From assembly GCA_951406725.2 (NCBI GenBank), contig OX597821.1, positions 44,454,001 to 44,518,000 on the forward strand: DNA of 64,000 nt, given 5' to 3'. Positions 25,192 through 39,410 of the stretch are shown here, in pieces. Position numbers and translations under genes: made by a program. The DNA comes from Octopus vulgaris. Its lineage: Eukaryota. The first letter of the stretch is position 1, and each line of letters starts with the position of its first letter. Under the pieces are notes generated by a model. The model made no database searches. It was not told the origin of the DNA and worked only from the letters and a program-made list of their open reading frames with translations.

Positions 25192-27146
25192 AGAGGGAGA
25201 GAGCTGACAAAGAAGCCTGGGTTATAAAAAACATTAAGTCAAACCCAAGGCCTTCTTTCATTATGTCAAAGAAACAGCCTCAGTAAACTGCAAAATAGGA
25301 CTCCTCTTCCAAAAGGATGGCTCCCTCACAGATAGTCCAACCAGGATCAGTGAAGTACTGAATGACCAGTTCAAAAGTGTCTTTACCACCCCGTTGGAAC
25401 ACAGACAAGTGAATGAACAACTGGATTTCTTTGCTGCCTCAGCAAGACAGTTATGATGGGTTACATCAACATTAGAGAAGAAGATATACTACTAGCCATG
25501 GATGAGGTGGACGCAAACTCAATTGCTGGTTCTGATGGTTTCCCAGCAATCTTCCTCAAATCATGTAAGCGTGCCCTGGTGAAACCCCTCAAGATTCTCT
25601 TCCAGAGCTTTCTTGCAAATTGCAGGCTGCCAGGCAAACTGAAGGAGAGAATAATATGCCCAATCCATTAAGGAGGAAGCAGAGCAGACGCCAAAAGCTA
25701 TAGGCCTATCTCTCTGACTTCACACATCAGCAAAGTCATGGAACAGATAGTCAGAGAGAAACTAATCGCATTCCTTGAAGAAAATGACTTGCTGAGTGAT
25801 ACCCAGTATGGCTTTCAATCAGGTAGGAGCTGCCTGACTCAGCTCTTACAGCACTATGACTAGGTGTTGAGGCAGTTACTCAACTACTCAAACATGGATG
25901 TAGTATATCTTGACTTTGCAAAAGCATTTGATAAAGTGGATCATGGTATGATATGCCACAAATTGTGTGATTTCAGCATAGCTGGAAAACTTGGAAAGTG
26001 GTTGCATGACTTTCTGAAAGTCAGGTAGTAGTGGCCAATGGAGCCACCTCAAAGAAAATACAAATAGTGAGCAGTGTTCCACAGGGCAATGTCTTGAGAC
26101 CACTGCGTTTCATAGTAGCCCTCTCAGATATGACCTCAAATGCCTGGATAGCCACCCTTGCTAGCTATGCAGATGATATAGAAGTCTCACAGAAAATAGA
26201 GAACCCTAGCAATGTTGTACACCTGCAGCAGGAGTTGGACTCAATTTACAGATGGGTTGTGGACAATAAAATGCAGTTTAATGCTGAAAAATTCCAAACC
26301 CTGCACTACCATAGTCCAAAACTGAATATAAAACTTACAGAGTACACTGGTCCACTTGGGATTACAATCCCAGAACTTAAATCAGTGAGGGACCTAGGTA
26401 TTGACGTGAGTGATGATACCTCTTTCCAACTGCACATTACCAGGATGGTGACAAAGTGCAGACGATTGGCTGGATGGATCCTAAGAATGTTCAGAACCAG
26501 AGAGAAGGAAACTATGATGGTCATCTGGAGGACATTTGCCCTCAGCCACCTGGATTATTGCTCCCAGCTACGGTCACCCAACAGTGTAAAATTAACAGTG
26601 GACCTTGAAGCAATCCAGCAAAGCTTCACAAAGAAGATCGTTTTATTGCAACAGCTCAGCTACTGGAAAAGACTGAAACAGCTAAGACTCTACTCCCTGG
26701 AGCAAAGGCAGGAGCGGTAATACACATCTGGTAATGCAGGTAATGCAGTAATACAAATCTGGAAGATCCTGGATGGAATTGTACCAAATTTTAGCATTGA
26801 AAGCTACATAAATGCTAGAACGGGTCGACACTGCACAGTACCAAAGATTCCAGCAATGCCATCACACTTCAGGACCAGTTACTGCAAAAAACCTGGGTTT
26901 CAGCTTTTTAATATTCTCCCAAAGAGCCTGAGGGATCTACACAAAGTGGATGTAGGTGTTTTCAAATCAAAACTGGACCTCTTCCTGTCAAAAGTCCCAT
27001 ATGAACCTACCTCGTGGCAAGAGGTGCAAATGAGGGTAGGACCTTTATTCACCAAATGCCAAATATTAGAGGAGGCTCTCTATAGTAACAGTGTAACAAA
27101 ATGGTGGTGCCCCAGCATGGCCACAGGTTTGAGCTGAAACTAAAAT
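25190..27146 (+). mobile_element. 5'-truncated CR1-group LINE with disrupted ORF2 reverse transcriptase
   Basis: YRPISLTSHISKVME, QYGFQSGRSCLTQLL, YLDFAKAFDKVDH, SSVPQG, YADD, VRDLG, HLDYCSQ; several stops and frameshifts; inserted beside (CT)n. Confidence 0.95.
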
Positions 27147-27429
27147 ATATATATATAAGAAATTAAAAAAGGAAAATACGCACACTTACATAGTTTTAAT
27201 ATAATTTTTAATATATCGACTGGTTTCGCTATCACCATTCATGATATTATGTTTTACTTATTTGAATATATATTTTTTCTTAAGAAGAAATTTGGTCCAT
27301 GTTGTGTGTGATGAAATTCACGAGTGAATGACTTCACAAGTAGATAAATAAAGGGAGGTAATTGGTTGTCGTTATTATTGTTATTGTTGTGGGTAAGGGA
27401 GATAACTGTTCAGCTTTCGGTTATGGGTG

Positions 27430-27463
<34 letters not shown>

Positions 27464-28494
27464 GGGGAGATAGACAGATAGCTAGATGAATTAAAACAGG
27501 AGCATATCGAAGTGAAGCACACCATATTGATGACAATTAGTAAAGCACAAAGCAACAGGTAAACAATCCGTGAGGATCACTCATGTTTGGTAATCCACAA
27601 CTCCAAGATTATCCAAAGTTGAAGAAAACCTGTGTGTGGTGAAAAAGGACAAAGAAATACGAAATGGAATATATAGTATTGGTGTAATTGTTTCATCAAG
27701 GAAATTTATTGCATTATAACAGTGTACAGGCAGGCATATGTGACATGCAACATCTATAAGATACTACAAAACACAACAGAGAACCTATCGACTCATCAGA
27801 CTACCATATTGCCTTAGAGTAACTATCAACATGTTGGACAGCATAGTCCAATGGCATGTGCCAATCGAGTCGAGAAAACCAACAATCTAAATATATAACA
27901 GGCTAATCAAAAGTGTATTTAGTTCAATTAAGTCTCTGATTTTGCTCAAGCTAATCATACTCTGTTGTTTCTCTTTAATTGTTATTATTTGTATCATTAT
28001 CACCAAAGATATCTCAGCATTTTATTCTTTCATTTCTCTCTCTCTCTCTTTGCTAAATGTCTCCACTATTGGCCTCTATTTCTTTTTATATTCTAATCAA
28101 TATTTAGGCAACAATTCCATATATGTCTGCCCACTTCCTTTTCTAATGTCTACTTTCTATGACAACCTAATTGAGTTACCTCTGCTTCTGGTTAATTCCA
28201 GCTTCATTCCATTTTGGAACTATTGGTTCTCTTGATTTGAACAGTACATGCTGTACTGCTGATATTTGCTCTTTTGCAATACAGAACAGCTTGATGGTTT
28301 GATAGGTTCTCTATTGTGTTCTGCAGTATATTATAGATGTTGTACATTATACAGACCTACTTGTGCGATCTTACAAAGCAATAAAATCTCTTAATGAAAT
28401 GATTGAGCGTCACCATATAATCCATTCATTTTTTTTTATTATTGTTATACACACACACACACAAATGCACACACACATGTATATATGTATTTAT

Positions 28495-28678
28495 GAGGAA
28501 GAGATAGAGACGTATGACATAGAGGACAACTGGAAATTCTTACAGGACAATCAACAGAGTGACAGACGAAATCTGTGCATGGAACAAAATCTCTGGCAGA
28601 GCAAGGGCGACAGTGATTTGACAGGACCATATAAGAGTAGAGAGAGGCTTGGAAAGAATGGAAAAGAGAAGGTAGCAA
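28495..28678 (+). pseudogene. RTE LINE ORF fragment (EN-RT linker)
   Basis: IEDNWKFLQDN/TDEICAWNK/AWKEWKREGS across frameshifts. Confidence 0.55.
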
Positions 28679-29067
28679 ATAACAATGTCAACTATGTCTG
28701 TTATTTTTTAAATGGTGGTGAGCTATAATTGTAAGAAAATTTTGTTGCTTTTTCTAAAAGGACCTCAACTCTAAGTATTCATTTCTTCAATCATATTTTT
28801 TTTTTTTACAAATTCAAGGGGCAGAGGGAAAGGGTAAGCCCAGTACATAGTTTATCATTACTCTATTACTCTACTGGCCTCTGAAATTATGAAAAGAACC
28901 CAAATGGATTTTCAACTTGGATATTCAATATTGTAATCATCATCAACATCATTATCATGATCATTTAATGTCTGACTTCCATGCTAGCATGGGTGGGTGA
29001 ACAATGAAAATGAGTGCTCAACACTGCATAAGTGGCTAAAGATATAGTATGTGTGTATGTATATGTA

Positions 29068-29140
<73 letters not shown>

Positions 29141-29171
29141 GTCTGTCTGTCTGTCTGTCTATATATATATA

Positions 29172-29313
29172 TGGTGTTAGGAAGGGCATCCAGCTGTAGA
29201 AACACTGCCAGATCTGACTGGCCTGGTGCAGCCTTCGGGCTCCCCAGACCCCAGTTGAACCGTCCAACCCATGCTAGCATGGAAAACGGACGCTAAATGA
29301 TGATGATGATGAT
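29172..29313 (+). mobile_element. RTE LINE 3' tail fragment
   Basis: Close match to 14600-14737 and 38000-38150. Confidence 0.85.
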
Positions 29314-29384
29314 ATATATATATCCAACAAAGGGAATTCAGGAAACTGTTTCTCTTTCATAATGTTAGTTATGGTTGCATTAAC

Positions 29385-29760
29385 ATTATCATCATTTAAC
29401 GTCCATGCTCCATGTTTACATGGGCTGGATGGTCTGACAGTGTCCGAGTGGTCCAAGGATTGCATTCTGCTTGCTCCCATGTCTGTTGGTAAGGTTTCTA
29501 CAGCTGAATTCCCTTCCTAATTCCAACCACCTTACAGTGTGTACTGGGTGATTGTATTTTGTTTGTTTTTTTAGCATGAGCACGAGTTGAAGCCATCATG
29601 TAACCTGCAAGACAAAGATCCCTTTTCACAAAGTGGAGCTACAGTAAAGGGGAGCAGGTATATTTAAGCAAGGAGATGAGGGGGTCAAAATCTGAGAACG
29701 AGCCAGAAGAGAACAGGCTTCTTGTTGTTGAGGACCTACATAGCTAATGACATTAGAACA
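29385..29760 (-). mobile_element. Older RTE-related 3' end (related pieces at ~22430-22620 and ~40620-40800)
   Basis: atcatttaacgtcc...ccatg...aaggtttctacagctga...ccttcctaa; taacctgcaagacaa shared with 22438. Confidence 0.6.
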
Positions 29761-30439
29761 GAGGGAGGGAGTAATCAGGGTGCAGCTACAAAAAGATAAT
29801 CATAGTGGGGATGAAGTGAACCATCAAGGTGGATTGCCAAGGTGGATTACCGAGGTATGAAATGAGTAGGAGAGAGTGGGAACAAGACTGGAAAAAAGGA
29901 AGATTGGGTTGTACTCAGTTGAATTATAGGTACCATTTCTACATTGACACCAACCCAGAGATTTATATATAAATTGTTTTTTATGTATAAATTATTTTTT
30001 ATCACTTCATTTATTTTTCAATGTCTTTATTTTGAGGACTTACAATGTTGTTAGATGTAGGAGACATTTTTAGCTGCGTTCGTCATTTTCAGATTCTCAG
30101 ATGGAGAAATTGCATTCGTCATTTGACAAATGTATTCATTTGTCATTAACAATGGTGGTGGATGGGAAGCAGAAAGAATGAACATAAACAGAAAAAAATC
30201 ATATTTCTTTGCTTCAAAAATGATACCAAAAGAAAAAGCAATAAAGAAAATATCGAAAAAGTAAAAAAATTAGTTGCTTCCTGGGAATATTTTACAAGAC
30301 AGATGTAATGGAAAATGAATTATCAGAAAAACAAGCAGTAAATGCGAATTGTTGTAGTGGGGAAATTTAAGATACTTGAAAGGTGTAGATCTCATGAGAA
30401 TGTACTCTACTGATATGATTCTAAGTGATAACAGAAGAC

Positions 30440-31256
<817 letters not shown>

Positions 31257-32163
31257 CACTTACATATAATCAGATTTTATACACGTATGTATGTGTTATA
31301 TGCAACTAGGGAAAAGGTATTTTAATATTACAAGAATTGTTGAATTATTCCTTAAGAAGATTTCCGTTGAAAGCCTATTACATGTATGTAATTACAAACA
31401 TATGTGTGTGTATGTGTATGTTTGTGCGTGTGTGTATGTGTATATGTGTGATAATATATATGTTGGTTTGTTTTTGCTTGATATCCTTTTTGTCTTTTTG
31501 ATGTGTTGGTTTGAATTTATATCTTTTTTCCCATGCTGGCATGCTTTAAACAAATATATTACTTACGCATTGTTTTATAAGCAGATGCCTTCCTTGCTGC
31601 TTACCTGTTTTCAGGTAAGGGGTCTCTTATACCACATGCCTTCATTAGTGCAAAACAGGTCAATGATGATTTTTTTGACAGAGGAAATGACAACAATGAC
31701 ACAGCTTGAAACTCAGTGATCTTTGGAGAGTCACAAGTGGAAAATACACACAGACATGCATGCACACGTGCACATACACAAACAAATATATAACAGGCTT
31801 CTCTCAGTTTCCATCGACCAAATTCACCCACAAAGCTCTCTGTTTATCTATCTATCTAGATGGATCGAAACAATTGCAATGATCAATAAACATTCTCATA
31901 TATTTCATCTTCTGTTCCTCATTAATCAAAGATATATATATATATATATATATATATAGTTGAAATTTATAGAAAAACAAAAGACAAAGACAGGTGTATG
32001 AACAATAAGCAGGTGTATTAGTTTGATGCTCGGAAAAATGAAAAAGTTTTTTTTTTATTTTTTGAGCTTATGCTCTTCAACAGAAAGGAATAAGAAAAAA
32101 TAAACAGAGAGAGATTGAAAAAAAAACAGTAGTTTTAGCAGTCAAGCATGGCAACTGAGAAAA

Positions 32164-32260
<97 letters not shown>

Positions 32261-32589
32261 GGTAGTTGAATGAATTATCCTAGTATGGATAATTCGGTTA
32301 ACCGATACCCGGGTAGCAAATTCACGTCAGAAAAACACGGTTGAAGCTACATGCCAAGGCGGCATAATGCACCCCTTATTCCTTCGAAATTTGGAATATG
32401 CAGTCTTCGAAACATATGTTGAGAATAAAGGAATTTTGTTAAATCGTTGTTCAACTCCATTCTTTCATTTATTTATATATATATATATATATGAAACTCA
32501 GAATGTAAAGACAAACAAAATACCTCTAAGCATTTTGCCTGGCATGCTAATGTTTCTACCAGCTTGCCACCTTTAGGACCACGATATCT

Positions 32590-32972
32590 AGCACACTGCC
32601 ATGCTGGAGAAGACCTGCCCACCACAGCAGAGTTAATACCGGTGCTGGTGCCACATTAAAAGTACCCAGTACATTCTATAGAGTGGTTGGTATTAGAAAG
32701 GGCATCCAGCTGTACAAACCATGCCAGAACAGACAATCAAACCTGATGTAGCCCCTGGCCTTACCAGCTCTGGGCAAACTGCCCAACCCATGCCAGCATG
32801 GAAAATGGATGCTAAATGATGATGGTGATGATGATGATGGTGGTGGTAATGAAATACAGAGATTTGTATATGTATTAGAGCTTGAACGGCCCTACAGCTG
32901 GTCAGCTCCTGTCAAACCGTCCAACTCATGCCAATATGGAAAACAGACATTACATGATGATGATGATGATGA
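32590..32972 (+). mobile_element. Two tandem RTE 3' tail fragments
   Basis: ggtgctggtgccacattaaaagtaccc...cccatgccagcatggaaaatggatgctaaa(tga)n; second tail at 32895-32972. Confidence 0.75.
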
Positions 32973-32975
32973 CAA

Positions 32976-33011
<36 letters not shown>

Positions 33012-33309
33012 TGTTGTGTGTGTGTATGCATGCACATGTGTGCATGTGTGTGTTGTGGACTCTCCTGTCATAGATGATAGATGATGAGGATTCTGCAACT
33101 TCTTGCTAGACAACGTGCACAGTTGATTTGTTTATAGTGATCAAAAAATTTGTGGTGTACATCAGCTGACTCCCCTCCATCAAATCAACAATCACTATAC
33201 AGCTGCACAGTATGTCACTCATCAGATGCCGTGAGATGAAGTGTTTTGCTCAAAAAACACAATGCACTGCACAGTCAATGAATCAAAACTGTGATTTTGT
33301 GATCATGAA

Positions 33310-33348
<39 letters not shown>

Positions 33349-36260
33349 CTCTGTGTGTGTATATATATATATATAACTGTATATATATATATAGTTGTCC
33401 ACTTAGCTTTCATGAGTCAGAAAAAAAGAAAACAGGCATTCATATTTGAGATAGTAGAAAACATATATTATTATAGTTTTATGACAGCCAATCAGCCAAT
33501 TAATTTTACTGAATGGTTTCCTGCCAAAATCCTTCAAGAGATGACGAGATAAAATTTGCAATCATTGGACATGGCTGAATGGAAAAGTTCAATAACATTA
33601 ATTGCCCATCATTAGATTATAATATTGTATTAAAATTATGAAGAATAAGAGGAATTATAGTAATGTTATATGTGTGTGTGTATTTATATATAAGTAGTTG
33701 TATGTATTTCTACAACCATGAGTGCAATATGTGTCCACTGAAAAGCTCATGAATTGGGTATACTAAAGTTAAACCAACTGACTAAACTAGAATCAACTGG
33801 GGAGAAAAAACAAATACCCTTTTCATCTGCTCTGTCCCTGAAAAGTGTCCCCCTTCTCTTATGCAAGATATCAATGTGAAATTTGATATGTTACTTGATA
33901 ATATTATTCTGATAATTTAATATTTTATTATTAGCTGTGTAGCTGTTCTATTTACTGAAGGTACAGCATTTTTAGGAGAAGCAGAAATTTTTTGAGGGAG
34001 GAAGGCACATGGTTTTTAGAAAGTGCATAAAATTTTTAGTAGAAGCTGAAAAATTTCAGTGGGGAGTTCAAAAAGTTTTAGCTTTCAATCGAAGCAGAAA
34101 ATTTTTTAAGGGGTTCAAAATTTTTAAAGAGTTCAAAGAATTTTATATAGAGACATGTTTCTATGAATTTTTTTCGAAAGACAAAACAATTCATGCAGAT
34201 CAGAAAATGCTTATAAAGGCTAGAAGATTTTAAAATTTTAATTTTAAATTTGTATAAAGAAATAATATATTGACATTTATAGTGTAAATAAAGTTATTGA
34301 TTTGTTTGAACATTAATATTTTATACTAATTTTATAAAAAAATGTTATTGTTTATGTAAAATTCAAATTAAATCAATATCATGTGAGATAGTTTTTCCTT
34401 ATTTTACTGACATAAATATTTTTTATTCTCTTAGTATGAGTTACTTTATTGTTTTATACCAAATTTTCATTCTATAACTTTCTATTTTTATTAATAGTTA
34501 GCAGAAGCAACAGAGTAACTCAAGGGCTGAGAGTTTTATGTGTAAGCTCTTATCAAACTAGTTATTTTTTCCTGTTTACATCACCAAACCCATTCTATAA
34601 CTTTATATATAAGTACATTCAGTCTGTGCAAAGTTTGTTTTCATTTTAAACCCATAAAATGACAAATAATCGATCTATGGTAAATATTTTTTTTAAATTT
34701 CAAATTCTGTATCTTCTTCAATAAAATAAAACAGTTACTTTTATATGTTTGTGATCATGTATACTTGTGTCCACCCAAAAGCTCAAATTGACCTCGTACT
34801 GCCATAGAGAAACATTAAGGCCAGATTTTAAATTTGAAAATCATATAAAACTTTTAACTTTTTCATTCTATCTTTTGAACAATGGTTCCTGGAGAAAGAA
34901 GCTTCAGCTCTTTAAAATCACCTTCTACGGGCACCCAGATGCTTAAAGGAAGAAGTCAAAAGGAGCCAGTGAAACAGAACAGTGAAAAGAAAGAGGCATG
35001 CCATAAACAAAGCTGACCAAAAGCAAAAAGAAAAAAAGATTGAAAAACAAAAGCAAATAAAGTTGGGATCAGAAGTTTGAAGCATGGCACAAGGTCACAG
35101 ACCATCAATGTGAACCTGGAAACTTCTTATTTATGATGTATCATTACTATCAAGTCCTTGATGACTAACATGAGAACTTGCCTATCAGTTGAAGGGAGAA
35201 CAACTAACTTTTGTGAGGCTATTACCAGAAATTGATGATGATCAGATCTCTATTGTGGCAGAACCTGGCACCATTAATATTTCTCAGCAATTGAGGAAAA
35301 CAGTCTTATCTCTAGAGCAGCTCAAAGCTGAAGTTTTTCTTTGCATTGCTGCCAATGAAATCAGGTTTGGGTGTTTTACTGAAACAGCATTACTGTCTCC
35401 TTAAAAATTCCAATGTCAACCAGTTCAACAGTTAGTTATTGGGAAAATTTGTCAGAGATGAAGATGTTGTTAACTATCCAGTGGAGATCTTAAATTCCAC
35501 TCAGCTCTTGGGAATGCACTCTCACATCCTGAAACTTAACATTGCCCCACACCTTCTACCATGACTGGGAAGAATATGGATCTAAAGAAAGTAGTGAATG
35601 ACACTCAGTGCATTTCCTCTTGACTCTATGCTAATGTCACTGAAGCTATTATTTCCTGTGATCCCTACAAAAGTGATACTACATTCCTACTACCATTAGT
35701 CACTGAGCTCTCCTTCAAATTTAGGTGTTTCCAATTTAGATGCAAGCTGTGTTTCATTATGAGACAAGAACAGATCTTTAAAGCAATCAGTTTGGATCTC
35801 TCAGCCTTGTGCTTCTCTCATAGACATTTAAACATTGCAATTTTTAGAACTGTGAATGCCAAGAAATAAATTATCATGGCTCTAAATAACCAAACAAAGA
35901 ATGTGGTTAACTAAGAGGTCTTATCAGAATGATACATTCTGTATGACATAAACCTGAGAGTAAAGTTATTTAAAGGGACAATTATTAATAAAATTATGTT
36001 TAATTTATTAATAAAACATTTATTCAACATGGCTGAATTTTACCCTTAATTACTCATTGCTGAAAATCAAGTTATTGCTTGGGCATTTGATCAGGTACTT
36101 GTGCAAGTGTGTGTGTGCGTGTGTACCTGTGCCATGAAAAAGCATCTGGTACACTCCATAAAAGGGTTGGCACTAGGAAGGGTTTCCAGCTGTATAAGCT
36201 ATACCAAAGCAGATTCTGGAACTTGACATAGCCTTCTGGTTCATCAGTTTATGCTGAATT

Positions 36261-36448
36261 GTTGTATATGAGCAGTTGTGTATGTGACCTCAAAAGGCCC
36301 AAATGGGCAACTAAATGCACAAAAGCATTAGGGAGCAACAGAATCTCCTTTCGGGACCAGATTCAATAATGATAAATCCTCCTTTAGTATCCTGGAGAGA
36401 CAAAAGGCTACAGCCTTGACCAGGTACATATGATCATTAAAGGAAAGC
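36261..36448 (+). pseudogene. Penelope-like (Naiad-type, inferred) GIY-YIG fragment, 5' part
   Basis: VVY...VTSK...GATESPFGTRFNNDKSSFSILERQKATALTRYI*SLKES. Confidence 0.7.
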
Positions 36449-38150
36449 ACCAGAGTGCAATATAAAGAAGAAAATCGTAGAGAAGTGCTGGGTTTACTTT
36501 AATAGCAGCACCATGGTAGATAAAGCAATTAAGAGTATGAAGACAGGGAAAGCCCCTGGCCCATCAGGAATCACTGCAGAGATGCTCAAAATATCTGGCG
36601 GTGTTGGCTATAGCCTAGTCACACAATGACTGGTGTAACAGCAAAATAGTCAACTGCTACAAAGGTAAAGGTGTGGAAGCAAGGATTAGAATCGAAGGGC
36701 CTTAGAGTCAACCTAGCTAAAACTAAAGTCCCTAATAAGTAGGAAGGCTGACAAACCACAAATCTCTTCAGGTAGATGGCCCTGCTCAATCTTTAGAAAA
36801 GGCGTAGGTAGAAACTCTATAAGATGTACCCAGTGTAAGCAATGGACGCATAAGAGGTGCAGCAATATCAAAGGAAGGCTAACTGGGAAGATAGTTTTTG
36901 TATGTGGCAAATGCTCAGGTGCTATAAACAGTGAAAATGTGCAGAAAGCAACTTTTGCCACATTCCAAGGAGAAAAACTAGAAGTAGTTGATAGCTTCCA
37001 TTACCTAGGGGACCAAGTCAGTAGCAGGGGTGGGTGCACTGAAAATGTAGCTGCTAAATAAGAATAGCCTGGGCAAAGTTCAGAGAGCTCTTACCTCTGC
37101 TGGTGACAAAAGGCCTTTCGCTCAGAGTAAAATCTAGATTGTATGATGCATGTGTGTGAACAGCCATGCTACATGGCAGTGAAACATGGGCCATGACTGC
37201 TGAGGACATGCATAAGCTCACAAGGAATGAAGCCAGTATGCTCTGCTGGATGTGAAATGTCAGTGGGCATACTCAACAGAGTGTAAGTACCTTGAGAGAA
37301 AAGTTGGACCTAAGAAGTATCAGATGTGGTGTGCAAGAGAGACGACTGTGCTGGTATGGGCATGTGGTGAGAATGGATGAGGATAACTGTGTGAAAACGG
37401 GCCACACCCTAGCGGTTGAGGTAGACCCAGGAAGACCTGGGATGAGGTGGTGAAGCATGACCTTCGAATATTAGGCCTCACTGAGGCAATGACCAGTGAC
37501 TGAGACCATTGGAAATATGCTGTGCTTGAGAAGACCCAGCAAGCCAAGTGAGACTATAACCCATGGCCTATGCCAGGGGTGTAACCAGCCCATTTATGCG
37601 TACCTTTCCTTCATTGGACACTAAACTCTGCTTGTGAAGACCTGTTGAGGCAAGTGAAATTGAAATCAAAATCATATTCGATGGCTGGCACCCATGCTAG
37701 TGCAGCACTAAGAGCACCATCCAAGCATTATCATTACCAGAGCAGCTGAGTGGCTTCCGTGCCAGTGACACATAAAAAACCACCATTAGAGAGTGATCAT
37801 CACCAGTATCATCTTACTGGCAGTTGTGCCGGTGGCACATGAAAAAATATTTTCAAGCAAGGTCATTGCCAGTGCCACTGGACTGGCTCCTGTGCAGGTG
37901 GCATGTAAAAAAACACCATTTGAGCATGGCCGTTGCCAGTACCACCTGACTGGCCCTCATGCCAGTAGCACATAAAAGCACCCACAACATTCTCGGAGTG
38001 GTTGGCATTAGGAAGGTCATCTAGCTGTAGAAACTCTGCCAGATCAGATTGGAGCCTGGTGCAGCCATCTGGTTTGCCAATCCTCAGTCAAATCGTCCAA
38101 CCCATGCCAAAATGGAAAGTGAACGTTAAACGATGATGATAATGATGATG
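36449..38150 (+). mobile_element. RTE LINE, 5'-truncated, RT core deleted, PHD finger retained, repeat-rich 3'UTR and (GAT)n tail
   Basis: KAPGPSGITAEMLK...YKGKG|WKQGLESKGLRVNLAKTK...YLGD...HGSETW...WYGHVVRM...RPRKTW; ORF stop at 37549-37551. Confidence 0.95.
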
Positions 38151-38750
38151 AGAAAATGTGAATTGCGTTTAGCCAAGTAAAGAATCATATTAAAAGCTCT
38201 CAGCAACCAGAAATCTACCGAAACTACAGAAGTGAGATTTTTAGCTCTTTCCCACACGAATGACAGTTTATCATACCTATGGCCCCATCATGACTATAAT
38301 CACCAGTTTTTCGCCTACAGCTCTTTCACTACCATATTGTGAGAACCCAGTAAAACATGTATAAATAAACACACGGACACATTGCACCCTAACATGGGTA
38401 TAAGTTTTCAGACACCAACCCAACAACCCCATTTCCCCAAAAAAACCCTATACATTTAATATTTCTATGCTCATTCCAACCCTATGGGAATACCAACCTC
38501 TGACACCTGCACATATTTTCGGAAAACCTCTTGTAGCCTTTACAGCACCTCAGATGCTTTTGGGGCCAAGGGCAATAACTCTTGAATTAACCCTTGCTCA
38601 CTTTGTTTCACCATTTTTCCCAGCACTTTCAAAGCAGATGTGATTTTTCCCCTCCAATAACAGAGAGCAGTTGCCATATTTTCTTCCATAGCAGCTAGTT
38701 CTGATGAGTATATGGTATTACTTAAGCCTGTTGTTATCTAACAACTATTT
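38151..38750 (+). mobile_element. Penelope-like fragment, 3' part (EN C-terminus and pLTR remnant)
   Basis: RKCELRLAK*RIILKAL...(fs)NYRSEIFSSFPHE; ctgatgag hammerhead half-core at 38701. Confidence 0.6.
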
Positions 38751-38830
38751 TAATACCCAGTGTGAAATTGATTGGTAAAGTTGGCCATACTGGATAGATA
38801 ATACAGTATATATTGATTAATGTATATACA

Positions 38831-39410
38831 CTAGACCACCCATGACCCATTAGTTCACTGACGATTCAGGTTATAAAACATTGAAGCTGAATTCAACATT
38901 GCATTGAAATCAAGGAAATTATTCACACTTGTCTTAGTTTTTCCTTTTCCTTTCACCTTCTGATGTCCGAAGGAATATTTATTCATTTTGATGCTGCTAC
39001 AGTTTTTGTTTGCAAGAGTACTTTTGATGATGACATTCTTAGTTGACTGGGTATCCTTCATAAACACTCTGACATTTTCCTTTCATTTTCCGCAGCATAC
39101 AGGGCCACATACAGTTAACAGTGTTGGAATACAGGTCGTTCCAGATAAATTAAGATGTTGTCCATAGTTCGTCCTTGTGCCTTACGAATTGTCATAGTGA
39201 AGCATGATTGAACTGGAAATTGGCTTCACTACAAAGGTATATCCTCACCTTTGGATAGATTAATTGTTATTCTTGGTATCATAATGATTTCATTTATGAA
39301 AGTGGCAGTGTTGATTCTTGCTACTATGAGATTGTCATGCAGTTTTTACACGATCATATACGTTCCATTACAAAGCCATGGAGGATTCAAGTTTCCCATT
39401 AGAATTATCA
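38831..39410 (-). mobile_element. 3' end of an autonomous-type Helitron with decayed Pif1-family helicase C-terminus
   Basis: ILMGNLNPPWLCNGT...IPRI...QFPVQSCFTMTIRKAQGRT...IYLERPVFQH..LYVAL...TKNVIIK; terminal gtcatgggtggtCTAG|T. Confidence 0.85.

Noticed and set aside
34860-35900. Coding-like stretch of higher complexity
   Set aside because: Frequent stops in all frames and no motif I can recognise.
37690-37990. CRISPR-like spaced repeats
   Set aside because: Degenerate tandem units of an RTE 3'UTR in eukaryotic DNA; no cas genes.
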